This document shows positions 62,132 through 64,000 of a DNA stretch of 64,000 bases, in pieces; within the stretch, counting starts at the first letter, position 1; every line of letters starts with the position of its first letter. Made by a program: the position numbers and the translations under genes. The notes below the pieces were generated by a model. That model was not told where the DNA came from, searched no databases, and saw only the letters and a program-made list of their open reading frames with translations. The stretch comes from the human T2T-CHM13v2.0 reference genome, Homo sapiens. The stretch lies in assembly GCF_009914755.1 (NCBI RefSeq), contig NC_060925.1. The stretch is one strand, 5' to 3'.

Positions 62132-63730
62132 GCCCATAGTCAGCAGCAGCTCTGAGCCAGGTAAGATGCTAAAAGCAGAACAAGTGCCTTTCTCATGCTC
62201 CTATTTTGGCTTTTTCCAGACTTTAGCTACTTCCCATTTCATCTGTTATGGTATTTGTAAGCTTCTGTAACTTGTAAATGTGATATATAACTTGTAGGTA
62301 CGTCATCTGTTGGATAACTTGCCCTCTCCCCTTGAGATTCTAAGCTCTCTGACAGCAGGGACCATTTCTGTTTTTTCTTGCCACTGTGTCCCCAGTGCTT
62401 GATACAGAGTTGGGTTTTAAAAAATAGTAGTTGAATGAATAGAACGCCTTCCTAGATGACTCCCAAATTCATTCTTAATTGAAGTGAAACAGTAGTTGCT
62501 CTGAAAAAGTTTAAGTGCACATTTGGTGAATTATCCCAAAGTGACATACCCGTATATAACAACAAGAGTCACCCTTCCCCAAATTAAATTAAAACTCTGC
62601 CCTGATTTCTAACTCCATGGATTAGTTTTGCCTCTCTTTGAACTTTACATAAACAAAAACGTAGTGTATTTCCTGTGTCTGGCTTCTTGCACTCCAAAAT
62701 ATGTTTTTGAGAATTATTTATGTTAAATGTATCAGTAGTTCATTTTTATTGCATGACAGTACTGGCAGTATGTTTATGTATTCTTCTGTTGGTGTTCATT
62801 TAAGTTCTTTCTTTGGGGGAATTAGTATGAATAATTCTGTGCACATTCCTATATGTCTTTGTGCACATGTACATGCATTTCTGTTGGGTATATATCTAAG
62901 AATGGAATGGCCAGATCATATACTATACATATGGACAGCTTTAGTAGATACTGCTAAAAAGTTTTTCAAAGTGGCTGTACCAGTTTACACACCCTGCAAC
63001 GGTTTTTGAGTTCTACATTCTCCCCAAAATTGATATTGTCAGTCTTCTTAACTTGACCCATTCCAGGAGATGTGTGGTGGTGTATCAGTGTAATTTTGGT
63101 AGTTATTTCCCTCTCTGGTATGAGTCAACTTCTTTCAAATAAAGGTTTTCTATTTGGGCTTCTAAGTATTAGTTGACTTTACCATTTTAGTTTCCACTAA
63201 GTGACCCCATTGGAAAGAAATTTATGACAGCATTTAAGCTGACTCTCAAGTGAGAAACCAGGATCTATGGGGACTTTTTTCTTTAATTTGTATTGTATTT
63301 AAATCCCCTGAAGGTTTCTACTTAATCAGTTCTATAAATAATACCATAAAAGATTATTTTCATGGAGTGGATTTATTACATAATTTGGTGCTTATTACAT
63401 GATTATTACTAAACTTGGTCTCCAGTTGGAGTAAACTGGTCCCACTGGAAAGTTGGTTACACTAACTCTTGTAAGTCTCTTGGTCTATTTAGTAGATTAT
63501 CCCTTAAGAGCTCCCAATTAACTACTGTGTGCTTCCTTAGAGATATGAATCTCTCTATTAAGGGAAACACCTGAGTAATTGTAGTTCCTTTTTTAAATGA
63601 AGGTACATAGAGGAAAAATGGGCAGAAAGGAGAAAAGGGCCTAGGGATTATCTCTGGTAGTCAGATTTAGGAAAGACAGCATCTGGCTAATGTTTGCTTT
63701 AGGCTTTTAATGAAATCTTAATTCAATAAC

Positions 63731-64000
63731 TTTTTTTCTTTTTTTTGAGACGGAGTCTCGCCTTGTCACCCAGGCTGGAGTACAGTGGCACACTCTGCTC
63801 ACTGCAACCTCTGCCTCCCTGGGTTCAAGCTATTCTCCTGCCTCAACCTCCTGAGTAGCTGGGACTTCAGGTGTGCACCACCATGCCTGGCTAATTTTTG
63901 TATTTTTAGTAGAGACAAGGTTTCATCACATTGGCCTGGCTGGTCTCAAACTCCTGACCTCAGGTGATCCGATCCACCTGCCTCGACCTCCCAAAGTGCT
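63731..64000 (-). mobile_element. AluS (truncated by window end)
   Basis: T-tail followed by Alu body. Confidence 0.88.

Overview
Human (primate) genomic DNA, AT-rich and repeat-dense. It holds the 3' part of the long first intron and all six coding exons of RAP1A on the + strand. The spliced CDS is 44249-44305, 48235-48303, 50336-50392, 56233-56373, 57240-57383 and 62045-62131, giving 184 aa from MREYKLVVLG to KKKSCLLL. The promoter, first exon and terminal 3'UTR exon lie outside the window. The upstream intron carries an antisense processed KRT18 pseudogene, an antisense U6 snRNA copy, and a full-length sense L1PA7-like element (31970-39184). That L1 contains a solo LTR12-family LTR and an Alu. 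There are also about 30 Alus, THE1/MST/MLT LTRs, Tigger/MER/Charlie DNA-transposon relics and old L1M/L2/MIR fragments. Nearly all other ORF-track entries are repeat-derived noise. I found no evidence of a new protein-coding system. The most unusual observations are structural: (1) several locally templated insertions, inversions and duplications inside repeats; (2) a 20-nt L1 3' transduction; (3) a very young ~90-bp L1 insertion; (4) a nested L1/LTR12 promoter module upstream of the ATG-bearing exon; (5) an all-phase-0 exon architecture. Repeat subfamily names come from recall of consensus sequences, not from a search, and the boundaries of old repeats are approximate.
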